DNA from: Kofleriaceae bacterium
GTDB taxonomy: Bacteria; Myxococcota_A; Polyangia; Haliangiales; Haliangiaceae
Length of the DNA stretch: 35,144 nucleotides
Reading direction: 5' to 3'
NCBI GenBank assembly: GCA_046597055.1
Contig: JBKJLC010000082.1
Coordinates: forward strand, 1 to 35,144
Shown here: positions 20,888-35,144 of the stretch, piece by piece
Numbering within the stretch: position 1 is the stretch's first letter
Layout: each line of letters opens with the position of its first letter
Notes under the pieces: generated by a model
Databases searched by the model: none
Seen by the model: the letters and a program-made list of their open reading frames with translations, nothing else
What the model was told of the DNA's origin: nothing
Made by a program: the position numbers and the translations under genes

Positions 20888-21641
20888 CCCGGCGCCCGCT
20901 GCCGGTTGCCGCCCGGCTGGTGCCGAGCGTACAACGACAGCCGTGGGGTCACAGGTGGCGCGACGCGCCGGCTTCTTCCGCCTGGTCTACACGGTGGCGG
21001 CCAAGGATCTGCGGGTCGAGCTGCGCACCCGCGAGATCCTCTACACGATGGCGTTCTTCGCCGCGGTCGTGGTCGTGATCTCATCGTTCGCGTTCGTCAA
21101 GGATCAGCAGGCGCTGCGCGATGCGGTCCCTGGCGTGATGTGGGGCGCGGTCCTGTTCGCCGGCACCATCGGCCTCGGCCGCGCCTTCGATCGCGAGCGC
21201 GAGGGCGACACCATGCGCGCGCTGTTGCTCAGCCCGGCGCCGCGGCTGGCGGTGTTCCTCGGCAAGACGGTCGCGGTCACCGGGCTGGTGATCGCGGTCG
21301 AGCTGGTGGTGGTGCCGCTCACGCTGCTCCTGTTCAACCTCGACCTCGGCGCCGACGTCGGTCGGTTGGTGCTGGTGCTCGTGCTCGGCGCGATCGGCTT
21401 CGGCGTGGTCGGCACCGTGTTCGCCGCGATGCTGCTGCGGGTGCGGTCGCGCGACGTGCTGCTGCCGGTCGTGCTCTATCCGATCTTGATCCCGATGTTC
21501 ATGGCTGGCACCAAGGCCACCGCGGCGCTCTTGAGCGGCGCCGAGGGTGACGCCTGGTTCTGGACCCAGTTCCTGTGCGCGTACGACGCGATCTTCCTGA
21601 TCGTGTCGCTGTGGACCTTCGAAGCCCTGGTGATCGAATGA
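20877..21641 (+). CDS. ccmB: Heme exporter permease CcmB
   Basis: [24 protein letters not shown] and [12 protein letters not shown]. The start is uncertain (20847, 20877 or later). Confidence 0.92.
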
Positions 21642-22333
21642 AACGCGCGATCGTTCCCGTCCTCGCCGCGCTGGCCGCCGCCGGGCTGGTCGGCACCCTC
21701 TACCTGATCTTCTACGCGGCGCCGCTCGACAAGATCCTCTACTTCAACCAGAAGATCTTCTACTGGCACGTGCCGTTCGCGATGATGCTGTTCGTCACGG
21801 TGTTCGTGTGCGGCATCGCGTCGGCGCTCTACCTGGTGAAGCGCGACCCGCGCAAGGACGACATCGCGCGCGCCGCCGGCGAGCTCGCCGTGCTGTTCGG
21901 CGCGGTCGTGCTGATCTCCGGCTCGATCTGGGGCAAGGCCGCGTGGGGCCACTGGTGGAAGTGGGAGCTGCGGCTCACCACCTCGCTGGTCCTGTGGCTG
22001 ACGATGGTCGGCTACGTGCTGGTCCGGCGGTTCGCCGGCGCCGGCAGCGAGCGGCTGGCCGCCGGGCTCGCCGTGTTCGGCATGGTCAACGTCCCGCTGG
22101 TGTACTTCGCGGTCAAGCTCGCCGACGAGCTGGGCCAGGTCAGCTCGCACCCACAGGCCAAGGTGGTGAGCTCGCTGACCGGCGCGATGAAGTCGACCTA
22201 CTGGTTGTCGATCCTCACCATCGCGGTCTTCTTCGTCCTGTTGCTGATCGTCCGTACCGACTCGGTGCGCGTCGACCGTCGCCTGCGCGAGGTGCGCGAG
22301 CGCGGCCTCGACGCCGGCATGCTCGAACCCTGA
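21638..22333 (+). CDS. ccmC: Heme chaperone loader CcmC
   Basis: [27 protein letters not shown] (WWD-like) and a second His in SHP. ATGA overlap with the ccmB stop. Confidence 0.92.
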   Translation: MKRAIVPVLAALAAAGLVGTLYLIFYAAPLDKILYFNQKIFYWHVPFAMMLFVTVFVCGIASALYLVKRDPRKDDIARAAGELAVLFGAVVLISGSIWGKAAWGHWWKWELRLTTSLVLWLTMVGYVLVRRFAGAGSERLAAGLAVFGMVNVPLVYFAVKLADELGQVSSHPQAKVVSSLTGAMKSTYWLSILTIAVFFVLLLIVRTDSVRVDRRLREVRERGLDAGMLEP

Positions 22334-22362
22334 CCCGTTCCCCCTTCGCCCCTCCGGTGCCC

Positions 22363-22773
22363 ATGCGCCTCCCCGTTGCTCTCGTCAGCCTCGTCGTCCT
22401 GCTCCTGGCCGGTGGCCTCGTCACCGGCGCCGCGCACGCGCAGCCGGCGGTCGCCGCACCGCCGCCGACCGGCGAGCCCACCTATCACAGCCCGATGCGC
22501 CAGCAGTGCGAGGGCGAGCTCAAGAAGGACAAGGACTGGTACGCCATCCTCAAGGAGCAGTGCTACGCGGCGGTCCAGAACGACGCCAGCTTGTACGCGA
22601 CGACCAACCACCGGCACGTGCTGATGGCGTACGCGGCGTTCTGGCTCCTGACCGTCGGCTTCGTCGTGCACCTGTGGCGGCGCCAGCAGGCGCTCAAGGG
22701 TGAGGTCATCCGCCTCGAGCAGGAGCTGGGGCGCGCGCTCCGCGAGGACCCGGCCCGCGGGGCCACCCCGTGA
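22363..22773 (+). CDS. ccmD: CcmD-like protein with N-terminal signal peptide/periplasmic extension
   Basis: C-terminal half VLMAYAAFWLLTVGFVVHLWRRQQALKGEVIRLE resembles CcmD and the gene follows ccmC. N-terminal MRLPVAL...AHA|QP. Confidence 0.65.
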   Translation: MRLPVALVSLVVLLLAGGLVTGAAHAQPAVAAPPPTGEPTYHSPMRQQCEGELKKDKDWYAILKEQCYAAVQNDASLYATTNHRHVLMAYAAFWLLTVGFVVHLWRRQQALKGEVIRLEQELGRALREDPARGATP

Positions 22774-22973
22774 CCTTCGACCACATCTTCTTCATCCCGC
22801 TGGTCGCGTTCGGCGGGATGCTGGTTGGCTTCGTCCTGGGCGCGCGCGCCGCGCGCAACACCATCGACCTGGAGCGCAAGCGCGACGCCGAGCGCGCCAA
22901 GGTCCGCGCCGAGCGGGCCGCGCGCAAGGCGTCGGCCCCGACCGAGGGCGCGGCCGACAAGCCTGCTAGCTGA
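22770..22973 (+). CDS. Small single-TM protein ending the ccm operon
   Basis: GTGA coupling to the previous gene; HIFFIPLVAFGGMLVGFVLG TM followed by a charged helix. Confidence 0.75.
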   Translation: MTFDHIFFIPLVAFGGMLVGFVLGARAARNTIDLERKRDAERAKVRAERAARKASAPTEGAADKPAS

Positions 22974-23733
22974 CCTCCGCGAGCGCGGCCGCGAGCGTCG
23001 CCGCCGACGGACGGGCCCCGGGCTCCTTGGCCAGCGCGGCGGCGGCGAGCGGCGCCAGGGCGGCGTCGTCGAGCGGGTCGGGGGTCGATTCGACCACGGC
23101 CGCCATCGACAGGAAGCTGGCGCCGCGGTGGAACAGCCGCTCGCCGCGCACCAGCTCCCACAGCAGCACGCCGAGCGCGAAGACGTCGACCGCGCCGGTC
23201 CAGCGTTCGCCGCGGACCTGCTCGGGGGCCATGTACGCGGCGGTCCCGCGGACCGGACCGGCGGCGCCGTCCGGGCGCGCGACGCCCAGGTCACACAGGA
23301 CCGCGCCGGCCGGGCTGCACAGCAGGTTGGCGGGATTGAGGTCGCCGTGGATCCAGCCAGCGGCGTGGAGGTGCGCGAGGCCGCTGGCCGCGCCGGCCAC
23401 CACGGCGAGGAGCTCCGCGCGCACCAGCGGGCCCCGCGCCAGCCGGGCCCGCAGGTCGCCGCCGGCATGGAGCGCCATGACCAGGTTTGGGCGCGGCCCG
23501 GTGAGGTCGGCGTGCAGGCCGCGCACGACGTGCGGCGAGGGGGGCAGGGCGCAGGTCAGCGCGCACTCGGCCTCGAACAGCGCGCGGATCTCCGGCGCGC
23601 GCGCGCTGTGCTCGTGCAGCCGCTTGACCGCGACCGCGGCGCCGCCATCCGCGGGGACCGCCTCCCGGACCTCGGCGAGCTGACCGGCCGCGACCACACG
23701 CCCCAGCAGCCAGCCCCCGACGCGCGCTTCCAT
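22966..23733 (-). CDS. Stand-alone Ser/Thr kinase domain with degenerate motifs
   Basis: VAVKRL, HGDLNPANLL, DLG, GTAAYMAPEQ and DVFALG. Confidence 0.85.
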   Translation of the reverse strand: MEARVGGWLLGRVVAAGQLAEVREAVPADGGAAVAVKRLHEHSARAPEIRALFEAECALTCALPPSPHVVRGLHADLTGPRPNLVMALHAGGDLRARLARGPLVRAELLAVVAGAASGLAHLHAAGWIHGDLNPANLLCSPAGAVLCDLGVARPDGAAGPVRGTAAYMAPEQVRGERWTGAVDVFALGVLLWELVRGERLFHRGASFLSMAAVVESTPDPLDDAALAPLAAAALAKEPGARPSAATLAAALAEVS

Positions 23734-23745
23734 GAGTAAGCCTCG

Positions 23746-23755
23746 ATGGTAGCAT
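23746..23755. promoter_or_regulatory. Overlapping bidirectional extended -10 element
   Basis: ATGGTAGCAT reads TG-G-TAGCAT on + (7 nt before GTG 23763) and TG-C-TACCAT on - (12 nt before ATG 23733), within a 29-bp intergenic gap. Confidence 0.55.
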
Positions 23756-23762
23756 CCGGGCC

Positions 23763-24908
<1,146 letters not shown>

Positions 24909-24909
24909 C

Positions 24910-25509
24910 GTGGACGGCCTGCAGCTGATCGGTTGGGTGGTCGCGGGCGGGCTGGTGCTGTACGGCCTCATCCGCGGCAACAAGTTTCCCAAGGTGCCGC
25001 CGCGGACCACGATCGCGGCGGCCCGGCCGGGCGCGTTCGTGCGCCTGGTGGGCAAGATCGTCGACGGCGGCAGCCTGGTCGCGCCGATCACCGGTCGTGG
25101 CTGTGTCAGCTTCGACGCGGCGATCACCGACGGCCGCGGCGTTCCGGTCCGGCGCGGCGTGCGCGGCACCCCGTTCGTGATCGACGACGGCACCGGCACG
25201 GCGCTGGTCGATCCGCGCGGCGCGTTCATCCGCGTCGTCTACGACCACAGCGTGGTCGGCGGCGCGTTCGATCGCGCGGCGGTCGCCGACCCCGACTTCG
25301 TCACCGACCTGGTCGCGGGCGAGACGCTGCGGTTCGAGGAGGGCGTGCTGACGATCGGCGAGACCATCGCGGTCGATGGCCTGATCGCCGGCGCCGGCGG
25401 CGACGACCCGGTCTATCGCCGCCTGGCCGAGACCGGCGTGCGCATCGGGGGCGCGCCCGACCGGCCGGCGATGGTCAGCGAGCAGCCGGCCGACCTCACA
25501 GGCGAGTGA
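24910..25509 (+). CDS. GIDE (E3 ligase-associated)-like membrane-anchored protein
   Basis: N-terminal TM, LVAPITGRGCV, PFVIDDGTGTALVDP and RFEEGVLTIGETIAVDG pattern. Confidence 0.65.
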   Translation: MDGLQLIGWVVAGGLVLYGLIRGNKFPKVPPRTTIAAARPGAFVRLVGKIVDGGSLVAPITGRGCVSFDAAITDGRGVPVRRGVRGTPFVIDDGTGTALVDPRGAFIRVVYDHSVVGGAFDRAAVADPDFVTDLVAGETLRFEEGVLTIGETIAVDGLIAGAGGDDPVYRRLAETGVRIGGAPDRPAMVSEQPADLTGE

Positions 25510-25562
25510 GGTGCGGGGACCCGCGCCGCGGCCGGCGTACCACGCCTGAACCGCGCTCCGGT

Positions 25563-25585
25563 GCGTACCCACAGGTACGCTTTTT
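25563..25585 (+). terminator. Intrinsic terminator
   Basis: gcgtacc-caca-ggtacgc is a perfect 7-bp stem followed by TTTTT. Confidence 0.75.
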
Positions 25586-25607
25586 CAGCTAAGAGAATCC
25601 CGCGACC

Positions 25608-25616
25608 TGATATAAA
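25608..25616 (+). promoter_or_regulatory. Putative extended -10 promoter for the kinase-TPR-lipoprotein operon
   Basis: TG-A-TATAAA in an AT-rich patch 27 nt before ATG 25644, just after the terminator. Confidence 0.45.
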
Positions 25617-25643
25617 CGCGGGTCTGTCGAGGGCACAGCGCCG

Positions 25644-27041
25644 ATGAACCCGGGAACGATCGTCGGTCAGTACCGGATCCTGCGCCAGATCGGTGAGGGC
25701 GGGATGGGCGCCGTCTTTCTCGCGGAGCATGTCCTGATTGGCCGCCGGGCGGCGATCAAGATGCTGCTCCCGGCGTTGTCGTCACAGCACGAGATCGTGG
25801 AGCGCTTCTTCAACGAGGCGCGCGCGACGACGACGATCTCCGACCCCGGCATCGTTCAGGTCTTCGACTTCGGCTTCCATGCCGACGGCAGCGCCTTCCT
25901 GGTCATGGAGTTCCTGGAGGGCGAGTCGCTCGACGGGCGCATTCGCACCCTGGGCCACCTGTCGGTCTACGATGCGTTGCGGGTGACCCGCCAGGCGGCG
26001 AGCTCGCTGGGCGCGGCCCACGCGCGTGGCATCGTCCATCGCGACCTCAAGCCGGAGAACATTTTCCTGGTTCGTGACGCCGAGGCGCAGGGCGGCGAAC
26101 GGCCCAAGATTCTCGACTTCGGCATCGCCAAGCTCAGCGGTGACGAGCCCGGCCGGATGCGGACCCGGACCGGGGCCCTGATGGGCACCCCGGTCTACAT
26201 GTCTCCGGAGCAGTGCCGGGGCGCCGGGGCGGTCGACCACCGCTCCGACATCTACTCCCTCGGGTGCGTGCTCTACACGATGCTGACCGGACGACCGCCG
26301 TTCGACGGCGAGGGGGTGGGCGAGATCATCGTCGCGCACCTGCGCGAGCCGGTGCCACCGCCGAGCTCGGTGGCGCCGTTCGTACCGAAGCCGGTCGACG
26401 AGCTGGTGCTGCGCTGCCTGGCCAAGCCGGTCGAGGAGCGGTTCCAGAGCATGGCGGAGCTGGTCGCCGCCATCGAGGCGATGCTGGCGCGCATCACGGC
26501 GCCCGGCGGGATCCTGCAAGCCACCGTGGCGATGACGCCGGTTGCGCCCGGGTTCCGGTCGGAGTTCCCGGGGGCGCCCGCGGCACAGGTGAAGACGGCG
26601 TCGTCGGTCCAGCCGACCACCCTGTCGCAGACGACCCGCAGCCAGACCGCGTTTCCCGAGAAACGGTCGCGCGGGGTCTGGGTCGCCCTCGGCGTCGTGC
26701 TGGTCGGCGGGGGCATCGCCGCCGCGATCCTTGCGGGCGGTGGCGACGCGTCGTCGCGGCCGGCGCCCGCCGGCGCCACCGCCCCGCCCGAGGTGACCCC
26801 ACCGCCCGATGCGGGCGAGGCCGCCGTCGCGGTCATCCCCGATGCTGGTGACCTCTCCGCCGCGCCCGACGCGAGCGCCGAGGTCGCGGACGTGGCCGTC
26901 GATGGCAGTGTCCCCGACGCGGCCGCGGCCACCGTGCGCCGCACCGAGGACCGCCGGCGCGACGATGCGCGCTCCCGCCGGCGAACCGACCGGCGCCCCA
27001 AGCAGAACGCCCCGAGCGAGGATCTCTATGACACGCGTTAG
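25644..27041 (+). CDS. Transmembrane Ser/Thr protein kinase
   Basis: [27 protein letters not shown] and [34 protein letters not shown]-rich tail. Confidence 0.96.
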   Translation: MNPGTIVGQYRILRQIGEGGMGAVFLAEHVLIGRRAAIKMLLPALSSQHEIVERFFNEARATTTISDPGIVQVFDFGFHADGSAFLVMEFLEGESLDGRIRTLGHLSVYDALRVTRQAASSLGAAHARGIVHRDLKPENIFLVRDAEAQGGERPKILDFGIAKLSGDEPGRMRTRTGALMGTPVYMSPEQCRGAGAVDHRSDIYSLGCVLYTMLTGRPPFDGEGVGEIIVAHLREPVPPPSSVAPFVPKPVDELVLRCLAKPVEERFQSMAELVAAIEAMLARITAPGGILQATVAMTPVAPGFRSEFPGAPAAQVKTASSVQPTTLSQTTRSQTAFPEKRSRGVWVALGVVLVGGGIAAAILAGGGDASSRPAPAGATAPPEVTPPPDAGEAAVAVIPDAGDLSAAPDASAEVADVAVDGSVPDAAAATVRRTEDRRRDDARSRRRTDRRPKQNAPSEDLYDTR

Positions 27042-28074
27042 CTTCGCCCCCCATCCGCTCGCCGCGGCCGTCGTCATCGCCGGCGCGCTCCTCGGTCCCG
27101 GCCGCGCCGCGGCCCAGAGCACCGTCGACGCCGAGGTCTTGTTTCAGGAGGGCAAGCGCCTGCTCAAGGAGGGCAAGATCGCCGCGGCCTGCGACAAGCT
27201 CGAGGCGAGCGAACGCATCGAGAGCACGGTGGGCGTGCTGCTCAACGTCGCCGACTGCCGCGAGAAGAACCACCAGCTCGCGAGCGCGTGGGGGATGTTC
27301 CTGAAGGCCGCGGCCTCGGCCCGTCGCGCCGGCAACGACGCCAGCCGCGAGAAGGAGGCGCGCCGTCGCGCCGAAGCGCTGGCGCCGCGTCTGTCCTATC
27401 TGACCATCTCGGTCCCGGACAGCAGCAAGGTCGAGGGGCTCACGATCATGCGTCGCGGCCAGCCGATCGACCCCGCGCTGTGGAACCAGGGCGTGCCGGT
27501 CGACATCGGCGAGTACGAGATCTCCGCCAGCGCGCCGGGGCACGACCCGTGGACGACCAAGGTGATGGTGGCCGCTGAAGGTAGCCGGGCGGTTATCGAG
27601 GTGCCGCGCTTCAAGCGCCTCGAAGACCTGGCCTCGCCGCCCCGCGCGCCCGTCGTGAGCGTGACCGCCGGTCCGTCGACCCCCAGCGCCGAGGCCGATG
27701 CGCCGGGCCCGACGGCGCCCGGGCGCTTCACCACACTGCGCAAGGTCGGGGTCGGCGCCGCCGTGGTCGGGCTGGTCGCGGCGGGCGGCGGGGTCGTGTT
27801 CGCGATGAAGTCGAGCGACCTGCGCGGCCAGGCCGACGAGATCTGCCCGACCGCCGCCTGCGGCGACCCCCGCGGCGTCTCGCTCAACGAGGACGCCAAG
27901 AGCGCGGCGCTCACCGCCAACCTCCTGTTCGTCGCCGGGGGCGTCGCGGTCGCCGGGGCGGTGGCGTGCTGGTTCCTCGGTGCCCCTGATTCATCGGGGG
28001 CGAGCGACCAGGTCTCGGCCCGTCCGGTCGTCGCGCCAGGCTCGTTCGGGTTTGCGGTCTCGGGGAGGTTCTGA
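27028..28074 (+). CDS. TPR + PEGA-like domain protein (myxobacterial type)
   Basis: Signal peptide; [12 protein letters not shown]...ACDKLEAS...[29 protein letters not shown]-like; C-terminal hydrophobic segments ending VSGRF. Confidence 0.85.
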   Translation: MTRVSFAPHPLAAAVVIAGALLGPGRAAAQSTVDAEVLFQEGKRLLKEGKIAAACDKLEASERIESTVGVLLNVADCREKNHQLASAWGMFLKAAASARRAGNDASREKEARRRAEALAPRLSYLTISVPDSSKVEGLTIMRRGQPIDPALWNQGVPVDIGEYEISASAPGHDPWTTKVMVAAEGSRAVIEVPRFKRLEDLASPPRAPVVSVTAGPSTPSAEADAPGPTAPGRFTTLRKVGVGAAVVGLVAAGGGVVFAMKSSDLRGQADEICPTAACGDPRGVSLNEDAKSAALTANLLFVAGGVAVAGAVACWFLGAPDSSGASDQVSARPVVAPGSFGFAVSGRF

Positions 28075-28076
28075 TC

Positions 28077-30743
28077 GTGCGTTCCATCCAGCTCTACATC
28101 ACCGTGATCGTGGCCGCGCTTGCGGCCTGCAGCGTGCCCGACAAGGTCCTGCTCGACGGGGGCGACGACGACGGCGTCCCGATCGACGCCCCCGACGGCG
28201 GTGATCCGCCCGACACGACCGGGCCCGAGACCACCATCACCGCGATGCCGCCGGCGTCCGACAACTCGACGAGCGTGTCGTTCAGCTTCGGGTCGGACGA
28301 GGCCAGCGCGACGTTCGAGTGCGAGCTGGACGGCGCGACGTTCGCGGCGTGCATGAGCCCGCATCGGTACACCGACCTCACCAGCGGCGAGCACCGGTTC
28401 CAGGTCCGCGCGGTCGACACCACCGGCAACCCCGACGCCACCCCGGCTGCTCACACCTGGACGATCGACACCAGCACGCCCGACACCCGGATCGACACCG
28501 GGCCCACCGGCGCGGTCGCCTCGACCACGGCCGCGTTCGGGTTCTCGTCGGCCAACGCCGGGGCCGGCGCCAGCTTCGAGTGCATGCTCGACGCCGGCAG
28601 CTTCGCCGCGTGCACCACCGGCCAGAGCTTCTCGGGGCTGTCCCAGGGCAGCCACACCTTCCAGGTCCGGGTTCGCAACACGCTCGGGACCGTCGATCCG
28701 ACGCCGGCGATGCGGACGTGGGCGGTCGACACCGTCGCGCCCGAGACGACCATCGGCAACGGGCCGACCGGCGCCGTGGCCTCGACCGGTGCGACGTTCG
28801 ACCTCAGCTCCAACGAGACCGGCGCGAGCTTCGAGTGCAACCTCGACAACGCTGGCTACGTGGCGTGCCCGGCGAGCTACGTGCTGTCGGGCTTGCCCCA
28901 GGGGGCGCGCACCGTCCTGGTCCGGGCCGTCGATCTCGCGGGGAACCGTGACGCGTCTCCGGCGACCCGGTCGTGGACGGTCGACACCACCCCGCCCGAC
29001 ACCACGATCGTGACCGGGCCGCCCGCGTTCACCACCAGCACCACGGCGAGCTTCGACTTCTCGAGCGAGCCCATGACCACGTTCCAGTGCAACCTCGACG
29101 GTCAGGGCTTCGCCGCGTGCCCGGATCCCTACTCGCTCACGGTGACCGAGCAGGCCCACACGCTGCAGGTGCGCGCGGTCGACGCGCTCGGCAACTTCGA
29201 CGCCACCCCGGCGTCGCGCAGCTGGACGGTGGACATGACCAACCCGACCACCACGATCGCCAGCTCGCCGCCCGCGCTGAGCGCGTCCACCACCGCGGCC
29301 TTCACCTTCACCTCGAACGAGGCCGGCGCGACCTTCGAGTGCAACCTCGACAGCGCGGGCTACGCGGCCTGCCCGGCGTCGCACACCCTCACCGGCCTCG
29401 GCCAGGGCACCCGCGGGATCCTCGTCCGCGCCCTCGACCAGGCCGGCAACCGCGACCCGACCCCGGCGTCGTGGAGCTGGACCATCGACAGCGTCGCGCC
29501 CGACACCGCCATCGCGAGCGGGCCGCCCTCGCCGAACCGGCTCGGCGTGACCACGTTCGACTTCACCGCGTCCGAGGGTGGCGTCCAGTACGAGTGTAGC
29601 CTCGACATGGCCGCGTTCGCCGCGTGTCCCGATCCCTTCCAGACCTGGATCGGCAATGGCAGCCACAACCTGCGCGTCCGCGCCCGCGATGGCGCCAACA
29701 ACGTCGACGCGACGCCGGCCTCGCATACCTGGACCGGCGACCTCGCCAACATCGCCTTCGTGACCGGCGGCTCGACCGGCCCGAATCTCGGCGGCCTCGC
29801 CGGCGCTGACAACCTGTGTGCGGCCCACGCCCAGCAGGCCGGCCTGCAAGGGACCTATCGCGCCTGGCTGTCGACGTCGGCGGTCACCGCGATCAGCCGG
29901 CTCGGCACCGCGCGCGGCTGGATCCGCGTCGACGGCAAGCCGTTCGCCGACACCGCCGCGAACATCGCCGCGGGCAGGCTGTTCCACCCGCTGCGCATCA
30001 CGGAGAACGGCAACGAATCGTTCAACCCGGTGATGACCGGGACCAACGCCAACGGGACCTACGACACGACCGACGGCTCGTGCGCCGACTGGACCAGCTC
30101 CACCACCGGCCAGACCGCCGGCGCGGGCAAGTCCACCAGCACGACGCGGTACTGGACCAAGGGCAACACCATCGGCTGCGGCAGCGCGTTCTACTCGCTC
30201 TACTGCTTCGGCACCGACTACACGACGACCGTGGCCCCGCCGGCCCCGGCCGGGCGGCGCGCGTTCGTGTCGACCGCCAAGTGGTTGCCGGGCGGTGGCC
30301 TGGCGTCGGCCGACGCGGTGTGTGCGTCCGAGGCCAACACCGCGAGCCTGACCGGCACCTACAAGGCGGCCCTGGCGACCTCGACCGCCGGCGCCCTGGC
30401 GCGCTTCTCGTCGACGGGCACCCGGTGGGTGCGAGTCGACGGCGTGGCGCTGACGTCGACCACGGCCGCGATGTTCGCGCCCGGGACGACCAGGCTCGAC
30501 ACTTCGCTCAACGTGACGGCCGGCGGCCAGTACGTCGACGAGACCGCGCTGTTCGAGGACGCCTACTGGTCGGGACCGCGCGTCGTCGGCGATCCTCGCA
30601 ACTGCTCGAACTGGACGGTGTCGAGCAGCTCGTTCGAGGGCGAGGTCGGGTTCAACGCCGAGACCACGGAGAACCTGGTGTTCTCCACCTCGTACGGATT
30701 CCCATGTAACGCGCCGCGCCGCTTGCTCTGCTTCCAGGAGTAG
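28077..30743 (+). CDS. Large surface lipoprotein: six Ig-like repeats + two DUF1554/endostatin-like domains
   Basis: Lipobox LAAC; six repeats of about 85 aa (DT-x-x-P-x-T-x-I...F-x-C-x-LD...AC...VRA-x-D-x2-GN-x-D-x-TPA...WT); two GGLAxADxxC...GTY-x-A-x-L domains. Confidence 0.88.
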   Translation: MRSIQLYITVIVAALAACSVPDKVLLDGGDDDGVPIDAPDGGDPPDTTGPETTITAMPPASDNSTSVSFSFGSDEASATFECELDGATFAACMSPHRYTDLTSGEHRFQVRAVDTTGNPDATPAAHTWTIDTSTPDTRIDTGPTGAVASTTAAFGFSSANAGAGASFECMLDAGSFAACTTGQSFSGLSQGSHTFQVRVRNTLGTVDPTPAMRTWAVDTVAPETTIGNGPTGAVASTGATFDLSSNETGASFECNLDNAGYVACPASYVLSGLPQGARTVLVRAVDLAGNRDASPATRSWTVDTTPPDTTIVTGPPAFTTSTTASFDFSSEPMTTFQCNLDGQGFAACPDPYSLTVTEQAHTLQVRAVDALGNFDATPASRSWTVDMTNPTTTIASSPPALSASTTAAFTFTSNEAGATFECNLDSAGYAACPASHTLTGLGQGTRGILVRALDQAGNRDPTPASWSWTIDSVAPDTAIASGPPSPNRLGVTTFDFTASEGGVQYECSLDMAAFAACPDPFQTWIGNGSHNLRVRARDGANNVDATPASHTWTGDLANIAFVTGGSTGPNLGGLAGADNLCAAHAQQAGLQGTYRAWLSTSAVTAISRLGTARGWIRVDGKPFADTAANIAAGRLFHPLRITENGNESFNPVMTGTNANGTYDTTDGSCADWTSSTTGQTAGAGKSTSTTRYWTKGNTIGCGSAFYSLYCFGTDYTTTVAPPAPAGRRAFVSTAKWLPGGGLASADAVCASEANTASLTGTYKAALATSTAGALARFSSTGTRWVRVDGVALTSTTAAMFAPGTTRLDTSLNVTAGGQYVDETALFEDAYWSGPRVVGDPRNCSNWTVSSSSFEGEVGFNAETTENLVFSTSYGFPCNAPRRLLCFQE
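28212..29741 (+). repeat. Six tandem intragenic repeats of about 255 bp
   Basis: Units begin DTTGPET, DTSTPDT, DTVAPET, DTTPPDT, DMTNPTT and DSVAPDT. Confidence 0.88.
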
Positions 30744-30749
30744 CCCGGC

Positions 30750-30784
30750 CGCGGGGCGGCCTGACCCGCGGTCAGGCCCCCGCG
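30750..30784. terminator. Hairpin between convergent genes (possibly bidirectional terminator)
   Basis: ggcctgacc-cgc-ggtcaggcc is a perfect 9-bp stem, flanked by cgcggg/cccgcg. Confidence 0.6.
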
Positions 30785-30793
30785 ATCCACGGC

Positions 30794-32167
<1,374 letters not shown>

Positions 32168-32181
32168 CTAAAAGCGCGCGC

Positions 32182-32663
32182 ATGCGACGTTCGGTCCTGG
32201 TCCTGCTGGTGGCGCTCGCCGCCGGCGCCTGCGGTGGCAGCTCGCCGGGGTCACGGGCGCCGGCCGGCGCGACCGAGGACGCGTTCGCCGCGGTGTTCCG
32301 GGTGGTCGAGCAGTGGCGCCAGGGCTGGGAGGTGCGCAGCTTCGACGCGCTGCTGCCGCTGTACCGCCAGGACGACAAGACCGTGCTGGTCTACCAGGGC
32401 AAGGCCCACGTCGGCTGGCCCCAGGCCCAGACCTTCCTGCGCAAGTCGGTCGAGGGCGCGCGCAGCGTCCACTTCTCGCTCGACGACGGCCAGGTCACCG
32501 CGCTCGGCGGCGACGGCGCCACCTATGCGGCCCGCCTCACCCGCGAGATCTCCGACGGCGCGGTCACCGCGACCGACAGCGGCTTCGTGACGCTCACCTT
32601 CGCTCGCGACGGCACCCGCTGGGAGATCGTCGCCGAGCACTACTCCTATCCGCTGGGGCCGTG

Positions 32664-32664
<1 letters not shown>
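32182..32664 (+). CDS. NTF2/SnoaL-like (DUF4440-type) lipoprotein
   Basis: Lipobox AGAC; TLTF...WEIVAEHYS C-terminal NTF2-like motif. Confidence 0.8.
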
Positions 32665-33983
<1,319 letters not shown>

Positions 33984-33988
33984 CCCGC

Positions 33989-34393
33989 GTGATCCACGAG
34001 GTCCGCGTGATCTTCGGCGACACCGACCAGATGGGCGTCGTCTACTACGCGAACTATCTGCGGTTCTTCGAGGCGTCGCGCGCCGCGTACTGGCGCGGGC
34101 TGGGCCGGACCCACCAGGACCTCGACGACGCCCAGGTGGCGCTCCCGGTGATCGAGGCCCACTGCAAGTACCGCCGGCCGTCCCACTACGAGGATCTGCT
34201 GGCGATCGAGGTCGAGCTCACCGAGCTGCGGCCGGCGTCGATGGTGTTCGGCTACCGGGTCCGCCGCGAAGCCGAGCTGCGCGCCCATGGCTGGACCCGG
34301 CACGCCGTGATCGGCCCGACCGGACGGCCACGGGCGCTTCCGCCCGCGCTGCGCGCGCTGCTGGAAGTCCGGCCGCTGGTCCCGGTCGATTGA
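33989..34393 (+). CDS. Acyl-CoA thioesterase, YbgC/FadM (4HBT) family
   Basis: DTDQMGVVYYANYLRFFEASR motif. Confidence 0.93.
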   Translation: MIHEVRVIFGDTDQMGVVYYANYLRFFEASRAAYWRGLGRTHQDLDDAQVALPVIEAHCKYRRPSHYEDLLAIEVELTELRPASMVFGYRVRREAELRAHGWTRHAVIGPTGRPRALPPALRALLEVRPLVPVD

Positions 34394-34427
34394 TCGTCCT
34401 CCAGACGCATGCTCTAGTGGCCCCGCC

Positions 34428-35144
<717 letters not shown>

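Overview
Very GC-rich bacterial DNA. Its gene content suggests Myxococcota, probably Haliangiales/Kofleriaceae-like (inference from three Ser/Thr kinases, a kinase-TPR/PEGA-surface lipoprotein module, and Cys-rich and GIDE-like proteins). Most of the window is housekeeping: lgt (3' end), a hemerythrin-like gene, trxB, a GNAT, mutS2, an orphan dam-type methylase, moaA, an atypical cytochrome c maturation operon (ccmE[CxxxY], ccmF::ccmH-like fusion, two accessory genes, ccmABC, extended ccmD, small membrane gene), acyl-CoA dehydrogenase, eno, hom, a ybgC-like thioesterase and glpX (5' end). The most unusual feature is at about 5.2-6.5 kb. There, a putative sigma54 promoter precedes two tandem 74-aa hydrophobic peptide genes ending in C-x5-C. 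Each gene sits between a conserved 5' hairpin and a three-hairpin + GGGGGAA 3' element whose pairing is kept while the sequence diverges. Two other notable patterns are widespread apparent leaderless starts (a -10-like hexamer 5-8 nt before the start codon, no SD) and a leaderless 16-aa uORF coupled to a kinase gene. I saw no rRNA, tRNA, CRISPR array or mobile element. All family calls come from motif recognition by eye; no searches were run.
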